A stretch of 64,000 nucleotides of DNA. It comes from the human T2T-CHM13v2.0 reference genome, Homo sapiens. The notes beneath the pieces were generated by a model. The model had not been told where the DNA came from. It did no database searches and saw nothing but the letters and a program-made list of their open reading frames with translations. Below are positions 45,801-59,871 of the stretch, in pieces. The stretch lies in NCBI RefSeq assembly GCF_009914755.1, contig NC_060934.1, one strand, 5' to 3'. The position numbers and the translations under genes are program-made. Position 1 is the first letter of the stretch, and each line of letters starts with the position of its first letter.

Positions 45801-48024
45801 GATAATGACCACTGCCTTAGAATCCCAGTGGAAGGTGGAAAGGGACTAGGGCAATCGTCTAGTCTGACCTGTCCTTTTACAGATGAGGATGATGGGGCAT
45901 GAAGAGGGGAAGGAACTGGCCCGAAACCACACAGCTCATCAGTGGCAGAGTCAGAACAAGAGTCAGAAGCTCCTGTCTCCCTGTTTCTGCCTTTTCCATG
46001 ACAGCATGCTGTTTCTCAAAGGCATCTTCTCCTAGAAACAGGAGGCTACAGGCTAGTTTTTGGCATGTTTACTGATTTCATTCTTTCCGAATCCGTTTCC
46101 ATCTCCATCTTCCAGATCTGTAAATAAAGTCTATCCCTTCAAGCTATCCCTTAGTTTTAATTTTTCCCCTGTGGTTTGTAGCTCCTCCTGGCTTGACATC
46201 ACTAGGTCCACTCTTGGCTCCCACGGGCAGCTGCCCAAGACTCCTTCTGGAATGAGAGTCCTTTCTTTCTCCTAGGCCTCATTCTACCTTCATTCCTATC
46301 GTATGGGAAGAGCCACAGAGCCGCATCAGTGATGGTGCCAAGAACCCAAGTTCTCACTCTAGTAGTCATGGTGGCAGGTTCTAGAGGGTTAAATATGAAG
46401 CTTCTCCCCAAGGTAGAAATCCCAGAAGCTCAAATGCAACACTTCAATGGGAATTGTAATATACTGTCATTCTGTTCAATTTTTCTACTTTAATGCAACC
46501 TCTAAGGACTAAGACCACAATAAGGAATTAAAAGTCTGTACTTCTAAAAAGTGATGGCAGCCTGTCTCCTGCATGCCACAAAATCTGCAAGTAAAACTTA
46601 AATTTTACAAGTATCACTTATAAATTAAAACTAAAATCATGGGATGCTTGGGCTGACAGGGATCACCATGGTGAGCTAGTCTAACCTTTTCAGTTGTCAG
46701 ATGAAGTGTCCAAGGAACAGTGAGGTTAAATCAGCATACAACTTGTTAACAGCAGACACAGGACTAAACTAGTGGAATCCTGATTTCCTGTCCAATAATT
46801 TTTTCTTACCACAACATACTGGTTGTCATTTATGATCCATTCATATAGATATTTTTCACGGGTCATATTAGACTATGTGCTCAAAGGCTATTTCAAGACA
46901 AAACCAAAAACCAAAAAGCAAAATAAAAGCTACGAGAAATATACCAAGTTATGCCACTCTATGAAGCCTGGTGCCCAAGTAAAACTTGGGTGACCTTTTA
47001 GAAAGCAGCTATTGTGCCCCTACTGCAAGAGAGCCCAAACGTGGGGCCTGAGCAGGTGGGGCAACTTACTAGTAAAAGGAAAGACCTGACTCCAAACCAT
47101 ACTGGTACCAGAAGAATCAGAACAATGGCAATGGCCATGCCAACGCTGAACTTTACAGGACTCAGTGATTTCTCAGACTGTGTTACAAGAGATGAAAATG
47201 CAGCATTCTAATTTTTAAAAAGGACATCGTTTGCATTCAATGAAATTCCTTTCAAAATCAACTTTCCACGTTCCAACTATATTCAACAACATTCTAGCTA
47301 ACATTTCGGCTGCAATTCAAATTAACTAATGCCCAAAAGAGCCCTAATAGACGTGGTTCTGAGCTCAATTGAATACAATCAAAGCTCATGAAATGAAGGG
47401 GGAAATGCTTATTTCATGCAAATTCTGCATATCACTCAAGCTTAATTTTACTGATAATATAAAGGTGGGACATTTTGAACATTACAGTGAATGAACTTTT
47501 AAGCGGTGAGAGTTATTTTATAAAATGCTACCTCTGAAAAGCTGATTGCCAAACAGTATAAAAATGGTTTGAGGCATAAATGCCAAGTTCATTTCTATTT
47601 CACTTCTGAGGTAACTATCTTTCAAATCGCAACAGCTGGACTATTTAACACAATCTGGTGAATCAAAGTATAGTTCTTCTCTGGTCTCCCAGTGGGATGT
47701 CTGCATTAGTCTGTGGCAGCCATCCAACAAATGACGCACAGCCGGACGGTCTGAACTCTGTTTCATTTACAATAAAAATGGATAAAACCGCAACTATATT
47801 TACCGCCTTCAAGGACAGAAAACAGAAAGATTTAAATTTGTCTTTATAAAGTCGTTTCCTGGACAAACTCCAAAGAGGAAGTTCCTTTTATATTTTCTCT
47901 GGTGTAAAAATAAGGATTCTTATTTTTTTCCAAGCCCTTTATACAGTTACTGCAGTGAACAGTAGTGGCATTACAGCAGAGGTAGTTTTGATTGTTTCTT
48001 TTGGAAACCCTATTTTTCAGGAGA

Positions 48025-48085
48025 TTTTAATACACTTGTCCAAAACTTCACAAATTTTTAATACACTTGTCCAAAACTTCACAAA
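48025..48085. repeat. 31-bp tandem duplication
   Basis: TTTTAATACACTTGTCCAAAACTTCACAAA occurs twice with period 31. Confidence 0.92.
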
Positions 48086-49885
48086 ATAAAGTTTCAAACC
48101 TAAGGTGAAACTTTCTATATTACTACCGATTCTAGCATTATTTTAAAATATAATAAAGGCAGAACAAAGCTCAATTCTTTTTGTTTTGGGTACTTTTTCA
48201 AAACTTCATTTTAGCTCAAAGAACGTATTAAGTTTGTCAATTTGGGTCCACTTCTATTTGTGGAAAAAGTAGATTTAATTATTTACATTGTTAAACAACA
48301 GAATACTACTATGTTTGAAAATCTGACATCAGCCTCTAGATGCTGATTTGCTCTCAACATGAACAAGAATTCCTTTTTAACATAGGTAACAATGGCTGGG
48401 CAAAGATCTATGTCTATGCTCAGCAATATTTTCTTTAGCTGAGTGACTGCAGCACAGGCATCCCAGTACACGGCTTACCTCCCGGACCACAATGCAATGC
48501 TAGGGAGCCTTGTAGCTTGTACCTTGTAGGATATTATCTTATTCCTCTAGTGCAGGCTGGACTGCACACATTTACAGAATCTAAAATACACTGGCACAAG
48601 GAGGTTCAGGAAACCGGACTATTCTCACAGCAAAAGCAACACTGACAATGCGTGAACTACGATTTCAGCTCGGCCAAAGATTCTGAAATGTGGGTGATCA
48701 TTTTCTTAAGCTTCGTTTTTTAGCTTTTTATAATTCTGCACAACATTAAGTCATCATGGAAAATCCACTCAGATTCCAGCTATTAAAAGCCATGTTATTT
48801 ATAAGAAATATTTTAAGAGACATAGTCTTCCACAAAATTCACCATATATAACATTGGTTCCTTAAAAACAGCTGCCATGCACAAAATACTTGCATTTTCA
48901 TTCTATGTTTTCAGGAAAATACTGTTTTAAATGTAGTAGTTTTTCTTTCAATTTACTGTGTATTTTTAAAACTCTCTTTTAAGATCGAAAGTCACAAATT
49001 ACTTTTCATAGAGCTATATAATAAAGAATATTACAAATGAAATGTGTTTATTGGGTTTCAGAAATTGGGTCAGTTTATTCTGAGATCTGACATTGCATTT
49101 GAGTTTTAGCTTCTTCTATTTGAATAAAAAAACCTCCCCTCTACTCCACTATACACAAATAAAAGGAAACATAAACACTGTGTAGACTATTGAAAAATGG
49201 CTAAGAAAACTACAATGTACCGAAAGCAATTTGGTTCTCTATGCAGAAATGGTATATTTTATACAAAGTCTCTTAAAAATCATAGGTGCTTGCAACTGGA
49301 AGCAAATGTTAGAAGGCAATTAATTCTCTGAGAGAATTGAGAATTACTCAGCAGCATTTTAACAGTAATTTTGAGATTTACTCAACAGCAGTTTAACAGT
49401 CATTTTTACACTAGGTGTAATACATCCTCAACAATTAATCTGGAGGAAGTTGCTGTTTGCACAGCAACTCAGAACACTTGTAAGACAATCCTGACAGGCG
49501 GATCTTTCGGGCAGTCCACAGGATAACTCCTTGGCAGCGGGGGAAGGAAAAAAAATGAAGTGAAGGGATCTCAACTTCCAGAACATCCAGTTGTTCTGCT
49601 AATTTTGTTGTTAAAACTTAATTGTCCATGTACAGGCGCACATGGAGAACCTTTGTAGCAGCGCTTTGCTGAACAGAGCTGTTTCCTGCAGTGTCAGTAC
49701 ACAATTCAGCAGTACTAAGATTACAGTTGAGAGCAGAGCAAATCCTTTAATTGTATAAGAGCATCAGATTAAGCAGTAACGTCCATGCAGTTCATTCTGC
49801 TAGCTGGTAGTCTCTTCTCAGAAACAAATGTTTACTAAGTACAGGGAAGGCGCCTTCCCTCCCCCTCCCTGATAGGCACTCATGT

Positions 49886-49886
<1 letters not shown>

Positions 49887-49931
<45 letters not shown>
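49887..49931. repeat. (CA)n microsatellite
   Basis: Direct reading. Confidence 0.95.
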
Positions 49932-49934
<3 letters not shown>

Positions 49935-52900
49935 AAAGAAAGCGGAGAAGCGGAGGTTATGAGGAAATGGTGGGGGTGGGAGTATCTATCAGGAACAAAA
50001 TCCACTCCTTTCCATCCCAGGACTAAAAGAACTTCCCTAGTCTCCATTTGAACAAAACATGACCCCAAACCTCTCTTAAGGAATGGTTATATGGCCAACT
50101 AAATTAATTTCCAGCTGAGATAATTAGTTTGAGAGAATAATTTTATGCCAAGTTTCCCTAAAGTAAGTTAAGAATCTCAATTTTTATTTGCTAATGTATT
50201 TCAAAAGCTCATAATCTTTCATAGGATTAGAGAAAGTAAACAAAATAAAATAAAATAGCTCAGATTCTCCAGCTCCAGTAAATTAAAAAGCAGTACTTTC
50301 CTATTTCATTTTTCTACATTAGTTTCACATCAGAAATACTGAATGAAGAGACCAGTTAGAGGTCAAACAATGATAAAAATCAATCTTACTTTTAATTCAA
50401 AACCTGAAAGGCAATTAGATTTTTTTTCTTTCATGGAAATGTTTGACTGGTCACACCAACCAAGAAACATCTAAAATTTATCTTTTGTCAACTACCCTTT
50501 GGTTTCATTAATGGCCCAAACAAGATGAACTCTTACAAAAATAAATTTGTGTGGGGCCAAAAGTCACATGTATTTAGAGATACCACAGACATAGAAATTA
50601 AATGCAAATTAAAATAAAAATGGTTTCACTGGAAATGAACATTTTCTATTGAAATTGAAGTCTTATAATTGCCACATGGGTTTTTGTTTTTTAAATTCTT
50701 CTAGGGCAGCATGTAACCTCTTTTGACTCCCCCAAACGAAAAAGCAAACTGCCTGTCTGGCAGTTAAAAAGGAAATTGAAAAGAGCTTGATAAAGCTTAC
50801 AGTTTTGAGGGGACCCTGGGGTGAAGAGAAGCATGATAAATTAGAAAAATGTTAACTTGAAGAATCTCTGGCAATTAATTGTGGCTTAAAAGGATCTTTG
50901 AGAATGACCAAGACGACACAGCTATGAAAGCACTGCAAACCACACTGTTGAAATGGAACAGGAGTTCCCTTTCGAAGGGCTTCTCCCTTTTGAAGTAAGG
51001 TTTTAAAGAAGTAACTAGATAAAATGAAAAATCATCTTTGAGGCTGACTACCTTGTCTAATTGCAACTGTTAGGAGGATATTCACCTTCCTGAAAGTAAT
51101 TAATTGAAAAAGTGTGAATATGGATGAAAAAGCTCAATTCAGACAAGCAGCGCCACTTTCAGATAAGATGGTTTCAGGGGAGAAAAGCAAGAGGGCAAGA
51201 AAACATGAAACTCTTAAGCCTCTGCCTGACTGTGATGCAGACACATTTTAAGATCTGCTTACCTCTTTCTCCATACTGAAGGCCCACATATCCTGCCTCT
51301 CTTTATAATAAAAATGTCCTAAATCATAATGACCAATGGATAAACACAAACTCAAAGGTGTTAACCAGTAATTGACCAAACATGAAGCTCTCTTAAAAAG
51401 GCATAGAATAAAGTGGATACAATAATAAAATGTATTTGGTGCTTTAGAATGTATGTTTTTCAACTAGATTCACAGAGAGTGATTCACCTTTGTATTATCA
51501 TATTATCATTTAGTAAAAGCATCTTTCTAATCCAATGATTACGGTCAGAAATTTTCAAGGTATTTGACTTCTGGGAAAAAACTATTTCTCAGCATGGTTA
51601 AAATGTTCAATAAAATAAAAAATGTGCAAATAGAACTTATGCTGACGACTAAAGTAGCTTAAGGCTGGTATTCTGACAGGCTAATTTCTAAAATTTATTT
51701 TGAAGCACAGCCCTTTATTGGACATTTGGCATGAAAAAAATTGAAATAATTTCTTTCCAATTATTCTTTAAGACTTTTTGCTAATTCAGATAGGCTCCCT
51801 TTTCAGAACTCTGTTTTACTGGGTAACACTTTCCTCCCTTGACAAGAGATCTTTAAATTGCTTAGGTTAGCCTTACAGAATGAGAAAAGGAAGACATGAA
51901 ACTACCTATGAGTATGCAGGGTCTAAGGAACAGGATGTGAGTATCTTAGGGTCAATGAAGCAACTTAACTGCAGAATCATTACCTCCTATAGAAGGAATC
52001 TTATGGTCATTCTTTTCTTTCTCCTTCCTTAAGCTCTTAAGACACTAAACGCAGTACACCATAGTTCAAAAAGCACTGGCATTGGAAATAAAGTTTAAAA
52101 CGTTCAAGTGCAATTTGATCTAAATGTCAGTTAGAAGTGTAATTTTGGGCAAGTTGTTTACCTCACTGAGCCTCAGTTTTCTCACCTGTAAAATTGGGAT
52201 AATGTCCAATCTATAGGTTTGGGAGAATTAAAATAATAAACAAAAGCACCTTGCTTAATATTAGTGAAATACAGTAACAACAACACAGAAGCAAATTCCA
52301 AAACCCTCAATCCCCAAACTGGAAGCTGGTTCCATTACCGATAGCCTCCATCTATAGCTAACATATACATCCTGCCTACTATGATTTCAGCACATTTCCT
52401 CTTAGATGGATATTATTTTATTGTGAATATATACTGATAAAGAGTAATAGAAGTATTAAAACACACACACAGAATGGAAGTTTCTTGGCATTTCCCCCGA
52501 AAATGCTTTTTTCCTTTATTATACCTATATCAACCAAGAACATCAGATTTATGCATTCTGTTGATAATAGAGTTAACATGTTTCAGGTATCTCACATAGG
52601 ATTAAAATGGAAGGCAATTTCACCCACACTGATGTATACTGGGTTTTCTTATTTATTGCTTGACTTATGTTTCAGAAACATTAATTTCCTAGCTACTCAT
52701 TACTCAACATCCCAGAATGTGTAAATGTGGGACTAGTCAACCTAGCTGGGGTGAAAGAAGGAAGGCTAGGCCCCAACCAGCTTCGGCTTGACTGTACTGC
52801 ACGACACTCTTTGGTAAATGTGATTGGCAGGCATATCAAGTGTCTATGTCACATTAAAAAAATACATACATCTGCAATGGTGGCGAACTGATAGCTATGT

Positions 52901-53135
52901 CCAAAAATTGAATCCACTTTCAAAAGCTAAAGTCATTTGGAAACATATGTTGAATATAGTGGTGATTAAAATGGGTCACGTCATCTTTTGATCAAAATGA
53001 ATTACTGACACTATTCTCTTAGAGGACCAGCAGAGCGGCTCCGAAGCAGTCGTCTCATCTTCTCACCCATTTTCTCCACCCCGAAATAAACAGGTGGGAA
53101 AGACTGCCCAATTTATTTTCTCTGTGATCAGGTAC

Positions 53136-53449
53136 TTTTTTTTTTTTTTTTTTTTTGAGTTAAGAGTCTCACTCTGTGGCCCAGGCTGGGAGTGCAGTGG
53201 CACAATCTGGGCTCACTGCAACCTCCACCTCCTGGGTTCAAGCAATTCTCCTGCCTCAGCCTCCTAAGTAGCTAGGATTACAGGCATGTGCCACCACACC
53301 CAACTAATTTTTGTATTTTTAGTAGAGATAGGGTTTTGCCATGTTGGCCCGGCTGGTCTTGGACTCCTGACCTCAAGTGATCTGCCTGCCTCAGCCTCCC
53401 AAAGTGCTGGGATTGCTGGGATTATAGGCGTAAGCCACCATGCCTGGCC
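53136..53449 (-). mobile_element. AluS
   Basis: Reverse Alu consensus; TSD TGTGATCAGGTACTT. Confidence 0.94.
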
Positions 53450-54372
53450 TGTGATCAGGTACTTCTAATGTAAAAAGGTCTAAATGCATTTGGGGCAACA
53501 GTGAAGGGCTGCAATGGGTATGTTGGCCCCTAAGAGTACTACTCTAAAAGATAACAGTTATTTTGATTTGGACTTGTAAGTCCTGAGGATGTATTTTAAA
53601 AATTAATTATTTTACATTTCTGGGTTTGTGTTTTTCTATAAAAACTACACTGAGAGACACGTAGCTAGGAAATATGTGCCTCTTACTCCTTTTCCTAACC
53701 GTGAACAGCTTTACCAAGTGAACACATTGGCTAGGAATTACTGGGATTCTAAAGCTGAAAGGGACTCTGTACAGTATGTAATCTACTTGCCTCAATTTTG
53801 GATTAGAAGAAACATAACAAAAAGAAAACAAAACACAGAGAGGTTAAACAACTTGTCCAAGTCATCTGGCCCACTCAAAAACCCAGGGGTCTAGTATCTT
53901 AGCTTTGGTCCTTGATGATCCATTATCCCAGCAATATAATTGTAAGATAAGATAGGAAAGGAATTTATTAAAATGCTTTTCCTATATGATCTAATTTACA
54001 TGACAGTCCTACAGGGCAGGCATTACTACCATCAATTTACACACCAGGAAATTCAGTTATAGATTACATAACTTTCCCAGGGTCACAAATATCTAAACGG
54101 CAGACCCAGGATCTGAACCCTACTCTGTCTGACTTTAGAGTTCAAGTCTTGGAAATAACTGGATGCTGCTTGCCACCCTGTGCATATGTGGACAGGCACC
54201 GGCTTAGAAAATAAATCACATTGTTTCCTTGTTACTCCCCCTCCCGTCTACAGGCTTTTATTGATTAAAATACAAATCATTCTTGTTTTTCTGACCCTGG
54301 GCAACACTTAATTATTCTATTGCCAGGTATTATAGCTGTCTCAAAGTAAAAGAGTTTCTTTTAAAAAGTCTA

Positions 54373-54682
<310 letters not shown>

Positions 54683-55388
54683 TTAGAATTTTCTCTCTTT
54701 GATACCCACCCACTGATTGGCCTGAATCAGTGAATAAAATATCTTACTATATTTTAACATTATCAGATTTAATCTTAATCAACAGAAGAGCATGAAAGCA
54801 AAAAAGAGGTTTGCACTTAATGTGCCTGGTCAGCCCTTTACCTCTTATAGCATAAAGGGACATGATGAGCATAATTCTGATCTAAATTATAACCAATCGG
54901 AATTCATAACGTTCACATTCACTGTGAGATTTAAGATACTAGGATTAGATGGTATATACTTATTAGACATAATTAACAGGACACATTTTGTAGCTATTAT
55001 TAAAATAGAAACAGAATAAATTAGGCTTTCCCAAGCCCTGATTATCTTTTCCTTTCTTTTTCTTCTTTTTTCTTAAAAACAAACAAACAAACAAACAAAA
55101 AAAACACCCTTGCTTTGCATATGTTGGTGACAGGAATGTTAATTTTAATTAATCCTTATAATTAAGCATTAAAAGTGTTTCTTGCTTTCTTATAAGTCCC
55201 TAGGAAATAAATCAGTATATCTTTGACTTTATAATTTACCAGAGAGGAGTTACTCAATTATATGGAATCTATACATATGTTGATTTTAGGAATTTATTGA
55301 AAGAAAAAAAACTTTCTAGGTATAGTGTGATTTTATTTAATTTTCTGGTTAAGTGAAGATCTTACGCAGATCATACTGAAAATGTGCT

Positions 55389-55800
55389 CATTCATTCATT
55401 TATTCAAAAAGAATTTATTGAAAGCCTACCATAAGGCAGGAATTGTTCCATGTGTGTAAGACACACCAGTAGACAAAACAGGAAAAAATTCTTACCCTCA
55501 TGGAGCTTACATTCCAGTGGGGGAGAGAAAAAATAAAACAATAAATATAATAAATAAAGTATATAGTAAGTTAGAAGGTGATAACTGCTCTAGGGAGAAA
55601 TGACGTAGGATAAGGGGGAATCAGAGCTTAAGGGAAGAGGAGTTACAATTTTGAATAGGGTGGCCAGGGTAGGCCTCATAGAGAAGATAACATTTGAGCA
55701 ACACATCCATGGAGGCAAGGGAGTAAGCCATGCAGCTCTTAGAGAAGACCATACTAGGCAGCGAAGGGCCTAGGGTGAAGTGGTACTGGGACAAAAAGGC
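55389..55800 (-). mobile_element. L2 LINE 3' fragment
   Basis: (TTCA)n-like end followed by ATTTATTGA..GCCTAC and CCCTCATGGAGCTTACATTC.AGTGGGG. Confidence 0.75.
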
Positions 55801-55839
55801 CAAAGTGGAGGGGGAAGGGAAGTTAGAGTGGCTGGGGCT

Positions 55840-55840
<1 letters not shown>

Positions 55841-55879
<39 letters not shown>
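55841..55879. repeat. (GT)n microsatellite
   Basis: Direct reading. Confidence 0.95.
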
Positions 55880-55885
<6 letters not shown>

Positions 55886-58096
55886 TGCATGCATACATAT
55901 GTTGGGACAGTAATGTCTGTATTTAGAGCCGACTGTCATTGGCATCCTCCCTTGACCTTGATTCAGGTCAAGAGCCAATAGCGCCACTCACGTGAAACAC
56001 TAACGGTGGTGTTGCCACAGACAAAATAGAAGTGTTAACTACTAGAATGCAAAGACAGTTTTTAAAAGCAAAGGAAATACTTTACTTATTAATTGCTGAC
56101 CCGACTTCAAAGTGCTTTGACAGGCCAAGTCTATAAAGTAAGAGAATGTGGTTAGTGTAACAGAGTACTTACTAATAAGTCAAAGCCAGCCAGACACAGC
56201 ACTGAAAATAACCCTTCTCATTCCTGGAAGCTAGGCCAGTTTCAGGGGATTCTGACAAATGATACAAACTGTTAAAGCTTACATGTAACTACATTAAGTT
56301 AAAATTCTTTTAGTCATTAAAAGGTTTAAACATTAAATGAATGAAGTGTGCCAGTCTGGGTAAATAATTACCTATACATACACAGAATTCTCAGATTCAA
56401 TCTGGATAGTCTAATTATACTTAAGAAACAGATTTTTCCAGAAAGGTGCTCTTATTTGGTAAATTACTGTCAATATGAAAATACACGGCATCAGTTATTT
56501 TATTTAGCTAAAGAATGTCAAGAACCGAATAATCGAGCATTAGGTTTCAAAGTTTAGAAGTTAATACAGCAGTCCACAGTATTTGTATTAGAGCTTTAAG
56601 TAGATAAATTAAACTGGAATGTGTCTCTTAAGCAGTCATTGAACAAGCAAGATGAGAAATAAATTGAGCTTCACATCTGCCTTTATGGCATCTAACAACT
56701 GTGTCTGTCAACACATGGATCCTTTTCACTGTCAATTCAACACATATTTTGCAGACCTTGGGCCTGCAATTATTTCATTTCCTTTCTTGGAAATGTAATT
56801 TCCACTTACTTTTGGAGAACAAAAGGCAGACAAAAGGAGGAAGGAGTTGCAGTATTTTCTGATTCAGATTATCTGTGTAAAATGGTAAAGGAGAAAAATC
56901 TATACACACACACTGAAGCATTTATCAGAAACTAACTTGTCTCAGCCAAATTGCTTTTGTGTCTGGATATTGGTTCAAATGTAGCCAGATTGTTGATGTC
57001 AAATTAGGTGTTAAACAAATTTAATAGGAAAGATGGAGAATGAATATAGATCATCTTTCTGTTAGAACTGTTCAAATGACTCTAGTCAAAAGAAAGGAAA
57101 CACATGACTACAGGAGAAAATGTGCTTTTAAACACAGTGAAATTAGATAAAACTGTAAATCAGCAAAGAAGGCCATTCATTCCAGAAGAGAAAAAAAAGT
57201 TAATAGTAGCAATGAGAGAATGCAAGAGAGGAAGAAAATACCAGTTGGCAAAAATAGATCCAAATTGAATTCCAACTTCATTTGTCCAGGTTTCACCTTT
57301 TAAGCTAAGACAGCTAGAGTTACAAAAAAGGGGTTCTTTCTCTCTTGATAGGACAGGAAATCAGAGGTTTAATTAACCATGATTACAATATTCGGCTGAT
57401 CTGATTTGTCTCACCTCTTCCTTTTCTTTAAGTGACAAACTAGCTGACATCCTGGCAAGAGAACTAAAGCAAAACTGTAGACTAATTTCAAAAAAGAGCT
57501 GCCATTGTTATAAAACAAATTGATCCTCCACTAGATCTGTCTGAAACACATTCAATAGCAGGATTAACTCTTTGACAATCAAAGTGCCACTCTGAAGCAA
57601 GTCTATACAGATAACTCTTTACATAGTATGTTTTCATTTTCAGGATAGAGCAATATTAGGCACATCTTTAACTGAAGACTAGAAAAGAAGGTTGTAAAAA
57701 CGTGCCCTTCTAAGTAGTCTCTGAAAGATCTAGTATCTTCTTGGGCTGCTCATGAACCATTAAGAGGGATGATCGATGTATTTAATCTTGAAAGACTGAT
57801 TGTCTCCTGATGCAGAGTCTGTATCATCCAGATCAATTATTTGTGTAGAAGAACCTGATTACCAAACCAGTTTAGGGGAAGTAATTCTCTTTGTACATGG
57901 TACTTGCTTTGGATCTGAATGAGATCTCTTAGCTAGGAGCCTAGAATGAAAAAGCTGGCCCATCAAATGAAAAGAAGAAGAGAATTTACCGGCGAGCCAA
58001 TCAAAATCTCTCTAAAGGAAACAAATCAAAGAAACACACAAGTTAGTCATTACAGATTCTTCTATACACCACTTAGTAAAGAGCATCGTTACTTAC

Positions 58097-58289
58097 TGAA
58101 ACGTAACCTTGGAACTTGTGCATCCTTCCAATTTACGGGGCCCTTCACCTGGCTCAGGTGTTGGGGGGGACGGGCTGTTGAATTCTGCCTCCAGAGTTTT
58201 CTTGTTCAAGGCTGTTTTTGTTACACTGGATACAGAACCCAACACTGGCATGGATTTGGACTCTGAGGTGGCTAATATCCCAGTTGGAC
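58097..58289 (-). CDS. SHTN1: SHTN1 penultimate coding exon (exon 16 by my recalled numbering; PTGILA...KVTF)
   Basis: Acceptor ttttaag|GT, donor TCA|gtaagt; 193 nt open frame, phases 1/2. Confidence 0.94.
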
Positions 58290-59582
58290 CTTAAAACCAA
58301 ACACATACCTCAAGTTTAATAATTCTGTATGATGCTTATTAATATGGTACTGAAAAACAGATTAGCTGAAAATCCCTCAAGAAGTGAAAAGGCCAAGTTT
58401 GTTAAAATTTCAAGAGCATGCTGGAAAATGTTGTTGGAAATCTGCTCTGCTTTCGTGGTACTACTACATTTCAATCTACCAGGACCACGCTGAGAAATTG
58501 TGTACAGACCTTTAAGAAACCACAAAATCCCAGGCCACAATTCCCTCACTGACCAGGGTCCTTCGTAATACTGGAATTGTGGAAAGTCTTTTCCTCTCAT
58601 AGAGTATGGCTTTCTGACAGCCCTACTCGAACCATTTCGCCTCTCAAGAGTTAATTCTTCCCAAAACTCAGTTCTGCATTTTAAACAGCAAATGGAACCA
58701 TGTCAAAAGGCTCTAAAAGGCTCATGAAGGCTTCTTGAGCATTAAACAGTTTTTATGAACATTTTCATTTTAATGTGAATGAGAAGTAAGTGGATTTGTT
58801 TCCTCTTAAAACACAGACACAAAATCATAAAAATTAAGTGGGAAAGAGTTTGGCTATTTACCTTTTGGACTTTTCTGCTCTTTAGGACAGGATTTAAAAA
58901 CCATAATAAAACTTGTTACTGGAATTATTGGCATATCAATCTAAAAATTCTGGGCATTGAAGCCAGTCCCTAATTTTAGGTGGAAAGATTCTATCCTAGT
59001 CAGTTTTTCTCAAAGCATGATTCTAGTAAGTGCTTCTTGAAACTTCAGAAGGAATGCTTTTAAAACAAAGATAAGTCACAAATATGCAAATTAAATGACT
59101 ATTTCTAGAAATAAAGTGAGAGGATAACCTTGAAATGTGCCAGTAAGAAGAGCACAAAACTTGGGTGTCTCTTGGGTGTCTATCCCTAACAAATGTCAGA
59201 TCATCTTAAAATGGAAAGCACTAGTGGGTATAATCCAAAATGCTAGCTAATCCCTGACCATTGGTATTAAGCTCTGGAATGCTATTCTTCCATTTGGATT
59301 TAATGTGCCTGATATACTCAGTATAATAGCGTAACATATCAACTCTAAAAATGAAGGTCTAATTTGAAAAACCTACCTAAGAGAGACTAAAAAATTGTGA
59401 ACCCATTCTGTTGGACACCTCTCTGAGCCTTGCTCTATGCAGGTTACACAGGACCTCTCTGTTCTAGTGGAAGCCCCAGTTCACAAAGCATTAGTTTCTA
59501 TCTTCCCCATTTAATTCACCTATACTCTCTAGGCAGACACGTTTGGACATTATTGGATATTTTGATCTAAAAGGCCTTTTCC

Positions 59583-59871
<289 letters not shown>

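Noticed and set aside
46073-46117. Possible 45-nt - strand cassette exon (ttatttacag|ATCTGG...TCA|gtaaac)
   Set aside because: Weak donor, short pyrimidine tract and an in-frame TGA; no independent support
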